The notes under the pieces are model-generated. The model was not told where the DNA came from, ran no database searches, and was given only the letters and a program-made list of their open reading frames with translations. Shown piece after piece: positions 16,147 through 24,751 of a stretch of 32,000 nt of DNA. Source of the DNA: Microcystis aeruginosa NIES-843 (GTDB lineage Bacteria; Cyanobacteriota; Cyanobacteriia; Cyanobacteriales; Microcystaceae); contig NC_010296.1 of the NCBI RefSeq assembly GCF_000010625.1, positions 4,800,001-4,832,000 on the forward strand. Direction: 5' to 3'. Within the stretch, counting starts at the first letter, position 1, and every line of letters starts with the position of its first letter. The position numbers were made by a program, and so were the translations under genes.

Positions 16147-16560
16147 CTAACGTTTCGAGTATTGAGGCGCTTTGCGCGCTTTGTGAAGACCGTATTTTTT
16201 CCGTTCCTTCGCCCGGGGATCCCGAGTCAGATAACCTTCACTCTTGAGGGGAGGACGATTTTCCGGCGCTAATTGACATAAAGCTCTAGCGACACCCAAT
16301 TTCACCGCGTCCGCTTGGCCGGTCAAACCACCGCCCTCGGCCTTAACGATGATATCATACTCGTTTTCCAGTCCCAAAGTCTCCAGAGGAGCCTTGATCG
16401 TCTGGATATAGGTGGGAATGCGGTTAAAATGGGTTTCTCCATCGCGACCGTTAACGGTAATTGCCCCCGTCCCCGGCACGAGACGCACGGCAGCGACCGC
16501 CGATTTGCGTCGTCCCGTTCCCCAATAAACTACCTTATTTTTACTGTCCGTGGCTTGCAT
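16147..16560 (-). CDS. rpsI: 30S ribosomal protein S9
   Basis: [10 protein letters not shown]-like [15 protein letters not shown] is present, and the C-terminus ...RKAPQYSKR is typical. Confidence 0.95.
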   Translation of the reverse strand: MQATDSKNKVVYWGTGRRKSAVAAVRLVPGTGAITVNGRDGETHFNRIPTYIQTIKAPLETLGLENEYDIIVKAEGGGLTGQADAVKLGVARALCQLAPENRPPLKSEGYLTRDPRAKERKKYGLHKARKAPQYSKR

Positions 16561-16564
16561 TGAC

Positions 16565-17020
16565 TTAATTTCCTCCTGCGGGAATCGTATTAATCGCTAA
16601 AACTTCCGGTTGTTGTGCCTGATGGGGATGTTCCGCACCGGCATAAACTTTCAGTTTCGTGAACAATTTCCGACCTAAGCTATTTTTCGGGAGCATTCCC
16701 TTAACAGCGTGTTCGATAATCCGTTCGGGAATGCGTTTTTGCAGTTTATCGAAGCTTTCTACCTTCATACCACCCGGTCTGCCGGAGTCGCGGCGATAAA
16801 CTTTCTGTTGGCGTTTTTTGCCCGTCACCGTCACTTTTTCAGCGTTAATAACAATGACAAAATCCCCCGTATCCAGATGGGGGGTGAAAGTGGCTTTATT
16901 TTTGCCCCGTAGAATCATAGCGATCTCGGTGGCCAGACGACCTAGACGCTGATCGGCCGCATCAATGACGTACCATTTCTGCTCTAGAGTCTCTAAATTT
17001 GGTAGAGGTGTTTTGTTCAT
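16565..17020 (-). CDS. rplM: 50S ribosomal protein L13
   Basis: [28 protein letters not shown] is canonical L13. Confidence 0.95.
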   Translation of the reverse strand: MNKTPLPNLETLEQKWYVIDAADQRLGRLATEIAMILRGKNKATFTPHLDTGDFVIVINAEKVTVTGKKRQQKVYRRDSGRPGGMKVESFDKLQKRIPERIIEHAVKGMLPKNSLGRKLFTKLKVYAGAEHPHQAQQPEVLAINTIPAGGN

Positions 17021-17068
17021 GGTGAGTTTGCCTTGGTTTACAAAAATAATTTTTTTTATTGCCGACCT

Positions 17069-17110
17069 GGGTGTTGGGGTGTTGGGGTGTTAGGGTGTTG
17101 GGGTGTTGGG
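17069..17110. repeat. Octamer tandem repeat (GGGGTGTT x about 5), giving six G3-4 tracts on the plus strand
   Basis: G tracts lie at 17069-71, 17076-79, 17084-87, 17093-95, 17100-03 and 17108-10, separated by TGTT or TGTTA. The repeat sits in the rplM-truA spacer. Confidence 0.85.
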
Positions 17111-17143
17111 TTTTAGTTGAAATTCCCCTATTCCCCCATTACC

Positions 17144-17974
17144 CTATTCCCCTATCCCCTCTGCTCGGAAATAATAAAGAGGCTGAGTCTCGAACCAGAC
17201 GCTATCGGCAAAGGGAAAATCGGCGTAACCCACCCGCAGTAAACATAGTCCTTTAGCTGGTGCGGCGTATTTGACCAATTCTCGGCGCTGATTGACCCAG
17301 ATGTCGGTAAAGTTTTCTAGCGATCGCTCACCAGTTCCCACCTCCACCAACATTCCCACCAATAGGCGCACCATCCCGTACAAAAAGCCATTGGCTTGAA
17401 TTTCCATCTGTACAAACGGCCCTTGACGGTAGCATTCCACCCCTTGTACTTCTACCCAGGAATGGTCACGACTAGAGTTAGCACGGTGAAAGGCGGCCAG
17501 ATGGTGCTTACCCAATAGAGGCTTTAAGGCCCTGGCCATCACATCGGCATCGAGGGGACGATGGTAGTAGTGCCAACTAAAGGGGCTAACAAAGAGATTG
17601 GGGATGGGGTCGGTATAGAGGGTGTAACGATAACGTCGCCAGAGGGCCGAGAAACGGGCGTGCCAGCGATCGGGAACCCGGCCCGAGGCCCGGATGACGA
17701 TATCGTCATCTAGCCGAGCATTGAGAACCTTGGCCCAATGGGAAGGTGGGATCGGACTCTGCTGCTCGAAATGGGCAACTTGGGCGGCGGCGTGAACACC
17801 GCTATCGGTACGTCCGGCCCCGTGCAGAGTGACGTCATGACCGAGAATATCGGCCAGAGCCTTCTCGATTTCTTCCTGCACGCTCCTGTGATCGGGTTGC
17901 CGTTGCCAGCCGTGGAAATTAGTTCCCACATACTGGATAACTAGGGCGATCCGCGACTGGTGGCAAGCTGTCAT
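17144..17974 (-). CDS. truA: tRNA pseudouridine(38-40) synthase TruA
   Basis: Motifs YVGTNFHGWQRQ, catalytic GAGRTDSGVHA, and FLYGMVR are present. Confidence 0.92.
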   Translation of the reverse strand: MTACHQSRIALVIQYVGTNFHGWQRQPDHRSVQEEIEKALADILGHDVTLHGAGRTDSGVHAAAQVAHFEQQSPIPPSHWAKVLNARLDDDIVIRASGRVPDRWHARFSALWRRYRYTLYTDPIPNLFVSPFSWHYYHRPLDADVMARALKPLLGKHHLAAFHRANSSRDHSWVEVQGVECYRQGPFVQMEIQANGFLYGMVRLLVGMLVEVGTGERSLENFTDIWVNQRRELVKYAAPAKGLCLLRVGYADFPFADSVWFETQPLYYFRAEGIGE

Positions 17975-17976
17975 CT

Positions 17977-18327
17977 TTACATCAGTTCGATAATCGCCAT
18001 GGGGGCATTGTCCCCGCGACGGCGCAGGGTACGCACTACCCTGGTATAACCGCCGTTACGGTTGCCATAACGGGCCTGGGCTCCTTCAAAGAGGGCATGA
18101 ACCAGTTGTTTATCGTAGATGTAGCCCATAGCTTGGCGACGGGCGCTCAGGGAACCGTCTTTAGCTAGGGTGATAATGTGGTCTACCTCTGCTCGCACCG
18201 CTTTCGCTTTCGCTAGGGTGGTGGTGATCTGACCATGTAGAATTAGCTGGGTGGCCAAGCTGCGCAGCAGTGCCTTTCTTTGGTCAGCCGGCAGACCCAA
18301 TTGAGGCACTTTACATCGATGTCTCAT
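17977..18327 (-). CDS. rplQ: 50S ribosomal protein L17
   Basis: [37 protein letters not shown] is canonical L17. Confidence 0.95.
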   Translation of the reverse strand: MRHRCKVPQLGLPADQRKALLRSLATQLILHGQITTTLAKAKAVRAEVDHIITLAKDGSLSARRQAMGYIYDKQLVHALFEGAQARYGNRNGGYTRVVRTLRRRGDNAPMAIIELM

Positions 18328-18348
18328 GGTATTTTCCTGGAATTGGGT

Positions 18349-19290
18349 TTACTTGCTTTTTTCTTGGGGTAGGGTGATGCCTAACCGTTTTTGTAGGGCT
18401 TCAATGACTTCTTCCGCCGATTTCTGCCCAAAGTTTTTGATTTCTAAGAGATCTTCTTGGCTGTAATCGAGGAGGTCGGCTACGGTGTTGATCTGCGCTC
18501 GCTTCAGGCAATTGTAGGCGCGCACGGATAATTGTAGTTCCTCGATCGGAATTTGGTTTTCTTGGTTGATCTCTTGGTCGTCAAAGTTACTGGAGGATTC
18601 GAGGGCGTTGAGATCCTTGAGCGGGTTAAAGAGATTAACTAGCATATCGGCCGCTTGGGAAAGGGCTTCTTTGGGGTTAATGCTCCCGTTTGTCCAAATT
18701 TCTAAGAGCAGACGATCTCTAGCTTGACCGCTTTCGGAACGGATATCTTCGACGCTGTAGTTGACTTTGGTTACGGGCATAAAAATCGAGTCGATTTGCA
18801 GAAAGTCTAGCGAAGTGGCTTCGTCTTTACTGCGATCGATCGCCCGATAGCCTTTGCCTTTTTCCACGCGAAATTCCATCTCTAGCTTGGCCCCTTCGGC
18901 TAGGGTAGCGACGTACTGATTGCGATCGACTATCTCGACTTCTGAGGGTAAATCGAATTGTGCCGCCACTACCGTCGCCGGTCCAGTTGCCACTAAACGC
19001 CCGATCTGGGTTTGATTGGTGTAGCTTTTCAGGATGATTTCTTTCATGTTGAGCATGAGTTCCATCACGTCCTCGCGTACTCCCTGGACGGTGGCAAATT
19101 CGTGATTGACTCCCGCGATCCGCAGGGCCGTCACGGCCGCCCCTTCCAGATTGGAAATGAGAATCCGTCTCAGGGCATTACCTACGGTCGTACCCTGGCC
19201 TCTTTCCAGAGGCTCTAGTACAAATTTACTGTACTGACTCTGATTCTTGTAAGTTTTTGCTTCTACACACTCGATTTGAAATTGCGCCAC
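18349..19290 (-). CDS. rpoA: DNA-directed RNA polymerase alpha subunit
   Basis: The N-terminal domain (LEPLERGQGTTVGNALRR) and C-terminal domain (LSVRAYNCLKRAQINTVADLL) are both present. It uses a GTG start with a GGGAGG SD at 19298-19303 (minus strand). Confidence 0.95.
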   Translation of the reverse strand: MAQFQIECVEAKTYKNQSQYSKFVLEPLERGQGTTVGNALRRILISNLEGAAVTALRIAGVNHEFATVQGVREDVMELMLNMKEIILKSYTNQTQIGRLVATGPATVVAAQFDLPSEVEIVDRNQYVATLAEGAKLEMEFRVEKGKGYRAIDRSKDEATSLDFLQIDSIFMPVTKVNYSVEDIRSESGQARDRLLLEIWTNGSINPKEALSQAADMLVNLFNPLKDLNALESSSNFDDQEINQENQIPIEELQLSVRAYNCLKRAQINTVADLLDYSQEDLLEIKNFGQKSAEEVIEALQKRLGITLPQEKSK

Positions 19291-19308
19291 CGATTGACCT
19301 CCCTTGTT

Positions 19309-19343
19309 CAGTTATCAGTTATCAGTTATCAGTTATCAGTTTT
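19309..19343. repeat. Heptamer tandem repeat CAGTTAT x4 plus an imperfect fifth unit, followed by GTTCAGC repeats (19351-19377)
   Basis: The tandem units are visible. The array lies in the rpsK-rpoA spacer and begins 5 nt from the rpoA SD. Confidence 0.88.
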
Positions 19344-19483
19344 CTCTAGCGTTCAGCATTTAACGTTCAGCGTTCAGTTTTTTGATCAGATGGTCTTTGA
19401 CGACCCGATTCTCCTGCTGATGTGCGAAAAGCTAACGGCTGCCGGCCTCAAGATCCCTGTCACCTGAAAAAGCTGTTCACTGT

Positions 19484-19876
19484 TTACACTCTCCGGCGTT
19501 TGGGAGGACGACAGCCATTGTGGGGGATGGGGGTCACGTCCCGGATCAGGGTGATTTCTAATCCTGCTCCTTGCAGGGCCCGGATTGCGGTTTCCCGTCC
19601 TGCCCCAGGGCCGCTAACCATCACCTCTAGTTGACGCATTCCCTGTTCGATCGCTCGGCGGGCGGCGTTATCGGCGGCGGTTTGGGCGGCGAAGGGGGTT
19701 CCTTTTTTGGCTCCTTTAAAACCACTCGATCCCGCCGATGCCCAAGAGATCACATCGCCTTTGGTATCGGCGATCGTGACAATGGTATTGTTGAAGGTCG
19801 ATTGAATGTGAGCGACTCCGGTAGGAATATTTTTCTTCTGTTTTTTGGGTCCGGTTTTTTTGGTTGGTCGCGCCAT
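19484..19876 (-). CDS. rpsK: 30S ribosomal protein S11
   Basis: [16 protein letters not shown]...[14 protein letters not shown] is canonical S11. Confidence 0.95.
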   Translation of the reverse strand: MARPTKKTGPKKQKKNIPTGVAHIQSTFNNTIVTIADTKGDVISWASAGSSGFKGAKKGTPFAAQTAADNAARRAIEQGMRQLEVMVSGPGAGRETAIRALQGAGLEITLIRDVTPIPHNGCRPPKRRRV

Positions 19877-19915
19877 AGTTTTTCTTGATTGGGGGATATC
19901 GCAATGAATAAAAAA

Positions 19916-20299
19916 TTATTTCTTGGAGGGGGCTTTTTTCTTCCCTGCCACTGTCACCCGACGACCGCGACGGGTCCGCGCATTGGTTCGCGTCCGTTGC
20001 CCGCGCACGGGTAATCCTAGCCGATGCCGACGACCTCGATAGGTGCCGATATCGGCGAGGCGTTTGATGTTCATCGCCTCCCAGCGTCTCAAATCCCCCT
20101 CGATTTGATAATTTGTTTCGATATAAGTCCGTAGCGCCGCCACGTCTTCATCGCTGAGATCCTTGACCCGAGTGTCAGGGTTAACACCCGTCGCAGATAA
20201 GACTTCTTGGGAACGCGATAGACCCACTCCGTAGAGGTAGGTCAGGGCGATTTCCACACGCTTATCGCGAGGTAGGTCTACACCAGCTATCCTTGCCAC
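19916..20299 (-). CDS. rpsM: 30S ribosomal protein S13
   Basis: [26 protein letters not shown] is canonical S13. Confidence 0.95.
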   Translation of the reverse strand: MARIAGVDLPRDKRVEIALTYLYGVGLSRSQEVLSATGVNPDTRVKDLSDEDVAALRTYIETNYQIEGDLRRWEAMNIKRLADIGTYRGRRHRLGLPVRGQRTRTNARTRRGRRVTVAGKKKAPSKK

Positions 20300-20392
20300 G
20301 CTTTTTCTTTCTCCCTATGAACGATTTTTTTTCCAAAAACGACTACAATTAACGGTAACGATTCTCTGCCCCAAGACAGTGACTTTGGTGGG

Positions 20393-20506
20393 TTAACCTT
20401 GTCTCTGCTTGTGTTTGGGGTTAGAACAAATTACCATGACTCGACCGCGCCGACGGATGACGCGGCACTTTTCGCACATTTTTTTGACAGACGCTCTAAC
20501 TTTCAT
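20393..20506 (-). CDS. rpmJ: 50S ribosomal protein L36 (37 aa; below the ORF-track size cutoff)
   Basis: Manual translation gives [37 protein letters not shown] followed by a stop. Confidence 0.92.
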   Translation of the reverse strand: MKVRASVKKMCEKCRVIRRRGRVMVICSNPKHKQRQG

Positions 20507-20633
20507 GCCTAACTATTCTGGCAACACTGCAAGCTTACTATTATATCAGATTTCTTTTACCCGTGTCACCTATTTTTTTTAAATAAATTTGGCCGCTTAT
20601 TAGGCTTTTTGGCTTCTCTGCCCCTATTTATCG

Positions 20634-20864
20634 CTATTTTTTTTGATTTTTCAGGCGATAGGTAATTCTGCCTTTGGTTAGGTCGTAGGGGGTCAGTTCC
20701 ACTTTGACTCGATCGCCGGGGAGGATTTTGATATAATTACGGCGGATTTTGCCAGATATATGGGCCAAGACGTTGAAACCGTTATCTAAATCCACCCTAA
20801 ACATGGCGTTGGGCAAGGATTCGGTGACGGTTCCTTCCATTTCGATGAGATCTTGTTTAGACAA
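20634..20864 (-). CDS. infA: Translation initiation factor IF-1
   Basis: [47 protein letters not shown] is canonical IF-1 (S1 fold). Confidence 0.95.
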   Translation of the reverse strand: MSKQDLIEMEGTVTESLPNAMFRVDLDNGFNVLAHISGKIRRNYIKILPGDRVKVELTPYDLTKGRITYRLKNQKK

Positions 20865-20952
20865 AGTTAATTCCTCAATTTCACTAGAGACAATTTAATT
20901 TAATGATCGGCAGCATCAACCGTGCTTTTAGCACAATTCCCCCAGTATAGCT

Positions 20953-20987
20953 TATCAGTTATCAGTGATCAGTAATCAGTAATCAGA
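20953..20987. repeat. Degenerate heptamer array (ATCAGT-N)x5
   Basis: CTTATCAGTTATCAGTGATCAGTAATCAGTAATCAG belongs to the same unit family as 19309-19343. Confidence 0.7.
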
Positions 20988-21030
20988 TGTGAGTTTTCAG
21001 TCCACAGCAAAAAAGCTCCCCATCTTCCCT

Positions 21031-21067
21031 CTCCCCCCGCAACGCGCACGAAGTGGTCTCCCGACTC
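21031..21067. repeat. Second copy of the 36-nt CGCAACGCGCACGAAGTGGTCTCCC-containing core
   Basis: It matches 1458-1494 (same strand) with one mismatch. Confidence 0.75.
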
Positions 21068-21165
21068 CCCACTCCCCACCCCCATCTCCCCACTCCCAGG
21101 CAGTATTAACGAGTAATATTTAGATAATCAACAGCTTAACCTTGCTGTGTTTTCACTGATTACTG

Positions 21166-21273
21166 ATACTAAATCCGTTGAGTCTAGGCTACATATCAGG
21201 ACAGGCACTCATGCAAGAGGCAAGAGGCAAAAGTGTGAATAAATAATCAGTCTTTAATAACCAGATTTAGTAT
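21166..21273. mobile_element. MITE-like element (about 108 bp) with termini ATACTAAATCC...AGATTTAGTAT
   Basis: It has inverted termini. Its internal sequence is shared with 1251-1368 (opposite orientation) and with 15757-15816. Confidence 0.6.
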
Positions 21274-21305
21274 GATTACGGTTCAATGTTCCCTGAAAAG
21301 CTAGA

Positions 21306-21572
21306 TTACTCGACGACAATTCGCCATTCATGGAGTTCGTATTCCACACAACCATTCTCGATTAAAGGATCGCGAGCTATAATTGCTTGAGCCTCCTCAA
21401 GAGAATCGGCCTGAAATAATAACATTCCGCCGCCCCTTTCTGCCCAATAACCAGTTTTTGCTGCTCGTCCTTGGCTAATTAAATCACGCACATAGTCCTT
21501 ATGGGCGCTGACATAGCGATCGAAGGTAGTTTTATCAACAATGCCTTTTTCTATCTTGACAAACCAGGGCAT
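21306..21572 (-). CDS. YciI-family protein
   Basis: An 88-aa protein ending ...EEAQAIIARDPLIENGCVEYELHEWRIV, which is typical of YCII-related domains. Confidence 0.7.
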   Translation of the reverse strand: MPWFVKIEKGIVDKTTFDRYVSAHKDYVRDLISQGRAAKTGYWAERGGGMLLFQADSLEEAQAIIARDPLIENGCVEYELHEWRIVVE

Positions 21573-21731
21573 AAATTCTCAGTAGGCTAGGACTGATTAA
21601 CAACCCTATAATTATACCGATTAATCTTGGCCGTCAATGGTGCAATGTAACAGAGCTATACAATTGGCTAGAGTTGTTGAAGATTGCTAGAATCGAGATA
21701 ATATCTTCATTTCTCTACCTTGCTTGTCTCC

Positions 21732-22283
21732 ATGAATCAACCCCAGGGATCTCTATTTTTTATTGCGCTTTTGCCGCCGCCAGAAGTACAGGAAATTGCC
21801 ACAAAAATCAAGGTAGAGTTTGCAGAAATTTACAATAGTCGCGCCGCCCTGAAATCGCCTCCCCACGTCACTCTCCAACCCCCTTTCCGGTGGAATTTAG
21901 AACAATTACCCGATTTAGAAAGATGTTTAGAGGAATTTGCCCGCTGGCACGCTCCTATTCCCCTAATTCTCCAGAATTTTGCCGCCTTTAAACCGCGAGT
22001 CATTTATATTAATGTCCAGAAAACCCCAGAATTATTAACCCTACAAAAACGGCTTTTACAGCAGCTAGAATCTTCCTTGAATATCATTGATAATGCCTCA
22101 AAAAGCCGAGCTTTTGCGCCCCATTTAACCGTTGGCTTCCGAGATTTAACTAAAGATAATTTCTGGAAAGCTTGGTCAAAATATGCTAATCAAGAGCTAT
22201 TTTTTGAGGTGATGATCGATCAAATTACCCTCCTAATCCATAACGGTAAGCACTGGGAAATTTATCGGCAATTTTCTCTATAA
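21732..22283 (+). CDS. 2H phosphoesterase (2'-5' RNA ligase/LigT-like) family protein
   Basis: Two H-x-T motifs are present (PPHVTLQPPF and APHLTVGF). I prefer the ATG at 21732 to the TTG at 21720. Confidence 0.72.
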   Translation: MNQPQGSLFFIALLPPPEVQEIATKIKVEFAEIYNSRAALKSPPHVTLQPPFRWNLEQLPDLERCLEEFARWHAPIPLILQNFAAFKPRVIYINVQKTPELLTLQKRLLQQLESSLNIIDNASKSRAFAPHLTVGFRDLTKDNFWKAWSKYANQELFFEVMIDQITLLIHNGKHWEIYRQFSL

Positions 22284-22429
22284 TCTGGACCCTTGGGGTT
22301 TCTATCTACAGAGGAAGGGGTTATAGTGCTAAAATAGGAGAGAGCAGCTTTTAAAGCTTCATTTCTGGCTTTTTTCCGATATTTTAACCCAGAGAGCCAT
22401 TTTACTGCGACTCCGCCGCCCTGAAACCT

Positions 22430-23896
22430 ATGTTACTCAAAAATCCCCCGAAAATCTCCCCCAATCTGATCAAACAGTTAGAAGCGATCCTTGGCAAAGA
22501 TGGAGTCATCCGTCGCAAAGATGAATTATTAACCTACGAGTGCGATGGTATCACAGGATACAGACAAAGACCCGCTCTTGTGGTACTGCCTCGCAGCACC
22601 GCAGAAATTGCGGCGGTGGTGAAACTCTGTCACGATAACGAGATTGCCTGGGTAGCGAGGGGTGCAGGAACGGGCTTATCGGGAGGGGCGTTACCCTTAG
22701 AAGAGGGGATTCTCATCGTCACGGCGCGGATGAATCAGATTCTCAGGGTTGATTTAGATAATCAAAGGGTGGTGGTACAGCCCGGGGTGATTAATAATTG
22801 GGTGACGCAAGCAGTAAGCGGGGCGGGATTTTATTATGCACCGGATCCCTCTAGTCAAATTATCTGCTCGATCGGCGGTAATGTGGCGGAAAATTCCGGC
22901 GGGGTTCACTGTTTAAAATACGGCGTGACTACCAATCACGTTATGGGCTTAAAAATCGTCCTTCCCGACGGTTCAATTATCGATGTGGGGGGTGCGGTAC
23001 CGGAACAACCGGGCTATGATTTAACCGGTTTATTTGTGGGTTCCGAGGGAACTTTAGGCATCGCCACGGAAATCACCCTAAGAATCCTGAAAACTCCGGA
23101 ATCTATCTGTGTTTTACTGGCCGATTTTACCAGTATCGAGGCGGCGGGCCAAGCGGTGGCGGATATTATTAAATCGGGAATGATTCCGGCGGGGATGGAG
23201 ATTATGGATAATCTCAGTATCAACGCCGTGGAAGATGTGGTGGCTACCGGCTGTTATCCCCGGGATGCCGAGTCAGTTTTGTTAGTGGAATTGGATGGTT
23301 TAGGGGTAGAAGTAACCAGGAATAAACATCGGGTTGCCGAGATTTGCCGTCAAAATGGGGCGAGAAATATCACCACGGCTAATGATGCCGAAACCCGCTT
23401 GAAACTCTGGAAGGGCAGAAAAGCGGCTTTTGCGGCGGCGGGGAAAATTAGCCCTAATTATTTTGTGCAAGATGGGGTGATTCCCCGCACTCAATTGGTC
23501 TATGTTCTTCAGGAAATTAAGGCTTTAAGTGAAAAATACGGCTATAAAATCGCCAATGTTTTCCACGCCGGTGATGGTAATTTACACCCGTTGATTCTCT
23601 ACGATAATAAGGTGGAGGGGGCCTGGGAAGAAGTGGAAGAATTAGGCGGTGAAATTCTCAAGCTTTGTGTGCGGGTTGGCGGCAGTTTATCGGGGGAACA
23701 CGGTATCGGCATCGATAAAAATTGTTATATGCCCGCCATGTTCAACGAGATTGACTTAGAAACTATGGGCTATGTGCGGGACTGTTTTAATCCCAAAGGT
23801 TTAGCTAACCCGGGGAAATTATTCCCCACCCCGCGCAGCTGTGGGGAAGCCGCTAATGCCAAAATACAAGGGTTTGCGGGGGTGGATGTGTTTTAG
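22430..23896 (+). CDS. glcD: Glycolate oxidase subunit GlcD (FAD-linked oxidase)
   Basis: The FAD-binding PCMH region ARGAGTGLSGGALP and the C-terminal GSLSGEHGIGIDK are present. Confidence 0.88.
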   Translation: MLLKNPPKISPNLIKQLEAILGKDGVIRRKDELLTYECDGITGYRQRPALVVLPRSTAEIAAVVKLCHDNEIAWVARGAGTGLSGGALPLEEGILIVTARMNQILRVDLDNQRVVVQPGVINNWVTQAVSGAGFYYAPDPSSQIICSIGGNVAENSGGVHCLKYGVTTNHVMGLKIVLPDGSIIDVGGAVPEQPGYDLTGLFVGSEGTLGIATEITLRILKTPESICVLLADFTSIEAAGQAVADIIKSGMIPAGMEIMDNLSINAVEDVVATGCYPRDAESVLLVELDGLGVEVTRNKHRVAEICRQNGARNITTANDAETRLKLWKGRKAAFAAAGKISPNYFVQDGVIPRTQLVYVLQEIKALSEKYGYKIANVFHAGDGNLHPLILYDNKVEGAWEEVEELGGEILKLCVRVGGSLSGEHGIGIDKNCYMPAMFNEIDLETMGYVRDCFNPKGLANPGKLFPTPRSCGEAANAKIQGFAGVDVF

Positions 23897-23925
23897 GTTA
23901 TCGGCAAGTATTGACTGATTACTGA

Positions 23926-24693
23926 TTACAGTCCACCTTGGGGTCCTAGGGGCAGATTGATATTAGAGGGGAAAACTGGGACTTGTCTTTCTAGAAAGCG
24001 TTGAGTGACTAATTCTCGGAAAATCTCTAGGTCTTTTTGCCATTGTCCCAGATATTGTTTGAGCAGATTTAATCGATCGCTACCCTCGGCCAGATTATAG
24101 TTAAAGTTGCCGGCAAATAATAGCGCCGCTAGGGTTTTGCCATCGGGTAATTGCAATTTTACCTCGTTAATCCCCACAGATAACTGAGAGGTTTCTAACT
24201 GATAAAGTAGATTGATGCCGGCTTGTAGGGGGGCTGTACCGAAATTGAGCCAGGGACCGGGGGCCAGAAGAGTTTCGGTGATATATTTTTTAGCGGCATC
24301 GGGGCTACTAGGGAGAGGAACAATGCTTTTCGGGGCGATACTCAGGGCTTGATATTCGGCTAAAGGGAGTTTATCTAGATATAAACCAACAATTTCTGGC
24401 AGTTTCAGTTTCAGGCTATCGGGAGAGTTAATTATCTCCACAAAGGTAATTGTCCGGGGTTGGGCGACGATGCTGATACCATTTTGAAAATTAACTTGAG
24501 CGTAATTAGGATTGAGTACCGGCTGGCCATTTAATTCCCAGTCGGGGGGAACTATTCCCGAATATTTGAGGAAATCAACCGTTAGCATGGCGGGATTGAG
24601 GCTTTTGGCTGTAATTGCGATGGAAAGTTCTTGTATTTCCCCCAAACTAGCCAGAGGTTGATTGGAGTTATTGTCAGTGGTGGTAATCATCAA
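23926..24693 (-). CDS. Hypothetical protein (255 aa)
   Basis: It is a long ORF with ordinary codon texture. I recognise no catalytic motif. Confidence 0.55.
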   Translation of the reverse strand: MMITTTDNNSNQPLASLGEIQELSIAITAKSLNPAMLTVDFLKYSGIVPPDWELNGQPVLNPNYAQVNFQNGISIVAQPRTITFVEIINSPDSLKLKLPEIVGLYLDKLPLAEYQALSIAPKSIVPLPSSPDAAKKYITETLLAPGPWLNFGTAPLQAGINLLYQLETSQLSVGINEVKLQLPDGKTLAALLFAGNFNYNLAEGSDRLNLLKQYLGQWQKDLEIFRELVTQRFLERQVPVFPSNINLPLGPQGGL

Positions 24694-24751
24694 TTTTCTC
24701 CGTGGATATTTATGTTTTCTTTCTAAGTGGGTGGGGGTTAAAAATTGTTCA

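Noticed and set aside
17059-17256. A plus-strand 65-aa ORF ([17 protein letters not shown]...).
   Set aside because: It is a translation of the GGGGTGTT octamer repeat and of the antisense of the truA 3' end, so it is not a gene.
16315-19904. Several 60-85 aa ORFs antisense to or overlapping rpsI, rplM, truA, rpoA and rpsK (for example 16315-16563, 16709-16912, 17710-17944, 19012-19218, 19422-19904).
   Set aside because: All overlap strongly supported ribosomal, truA or rpoA genes on the opposite strand or in another frame, and none has a recognisable motif.
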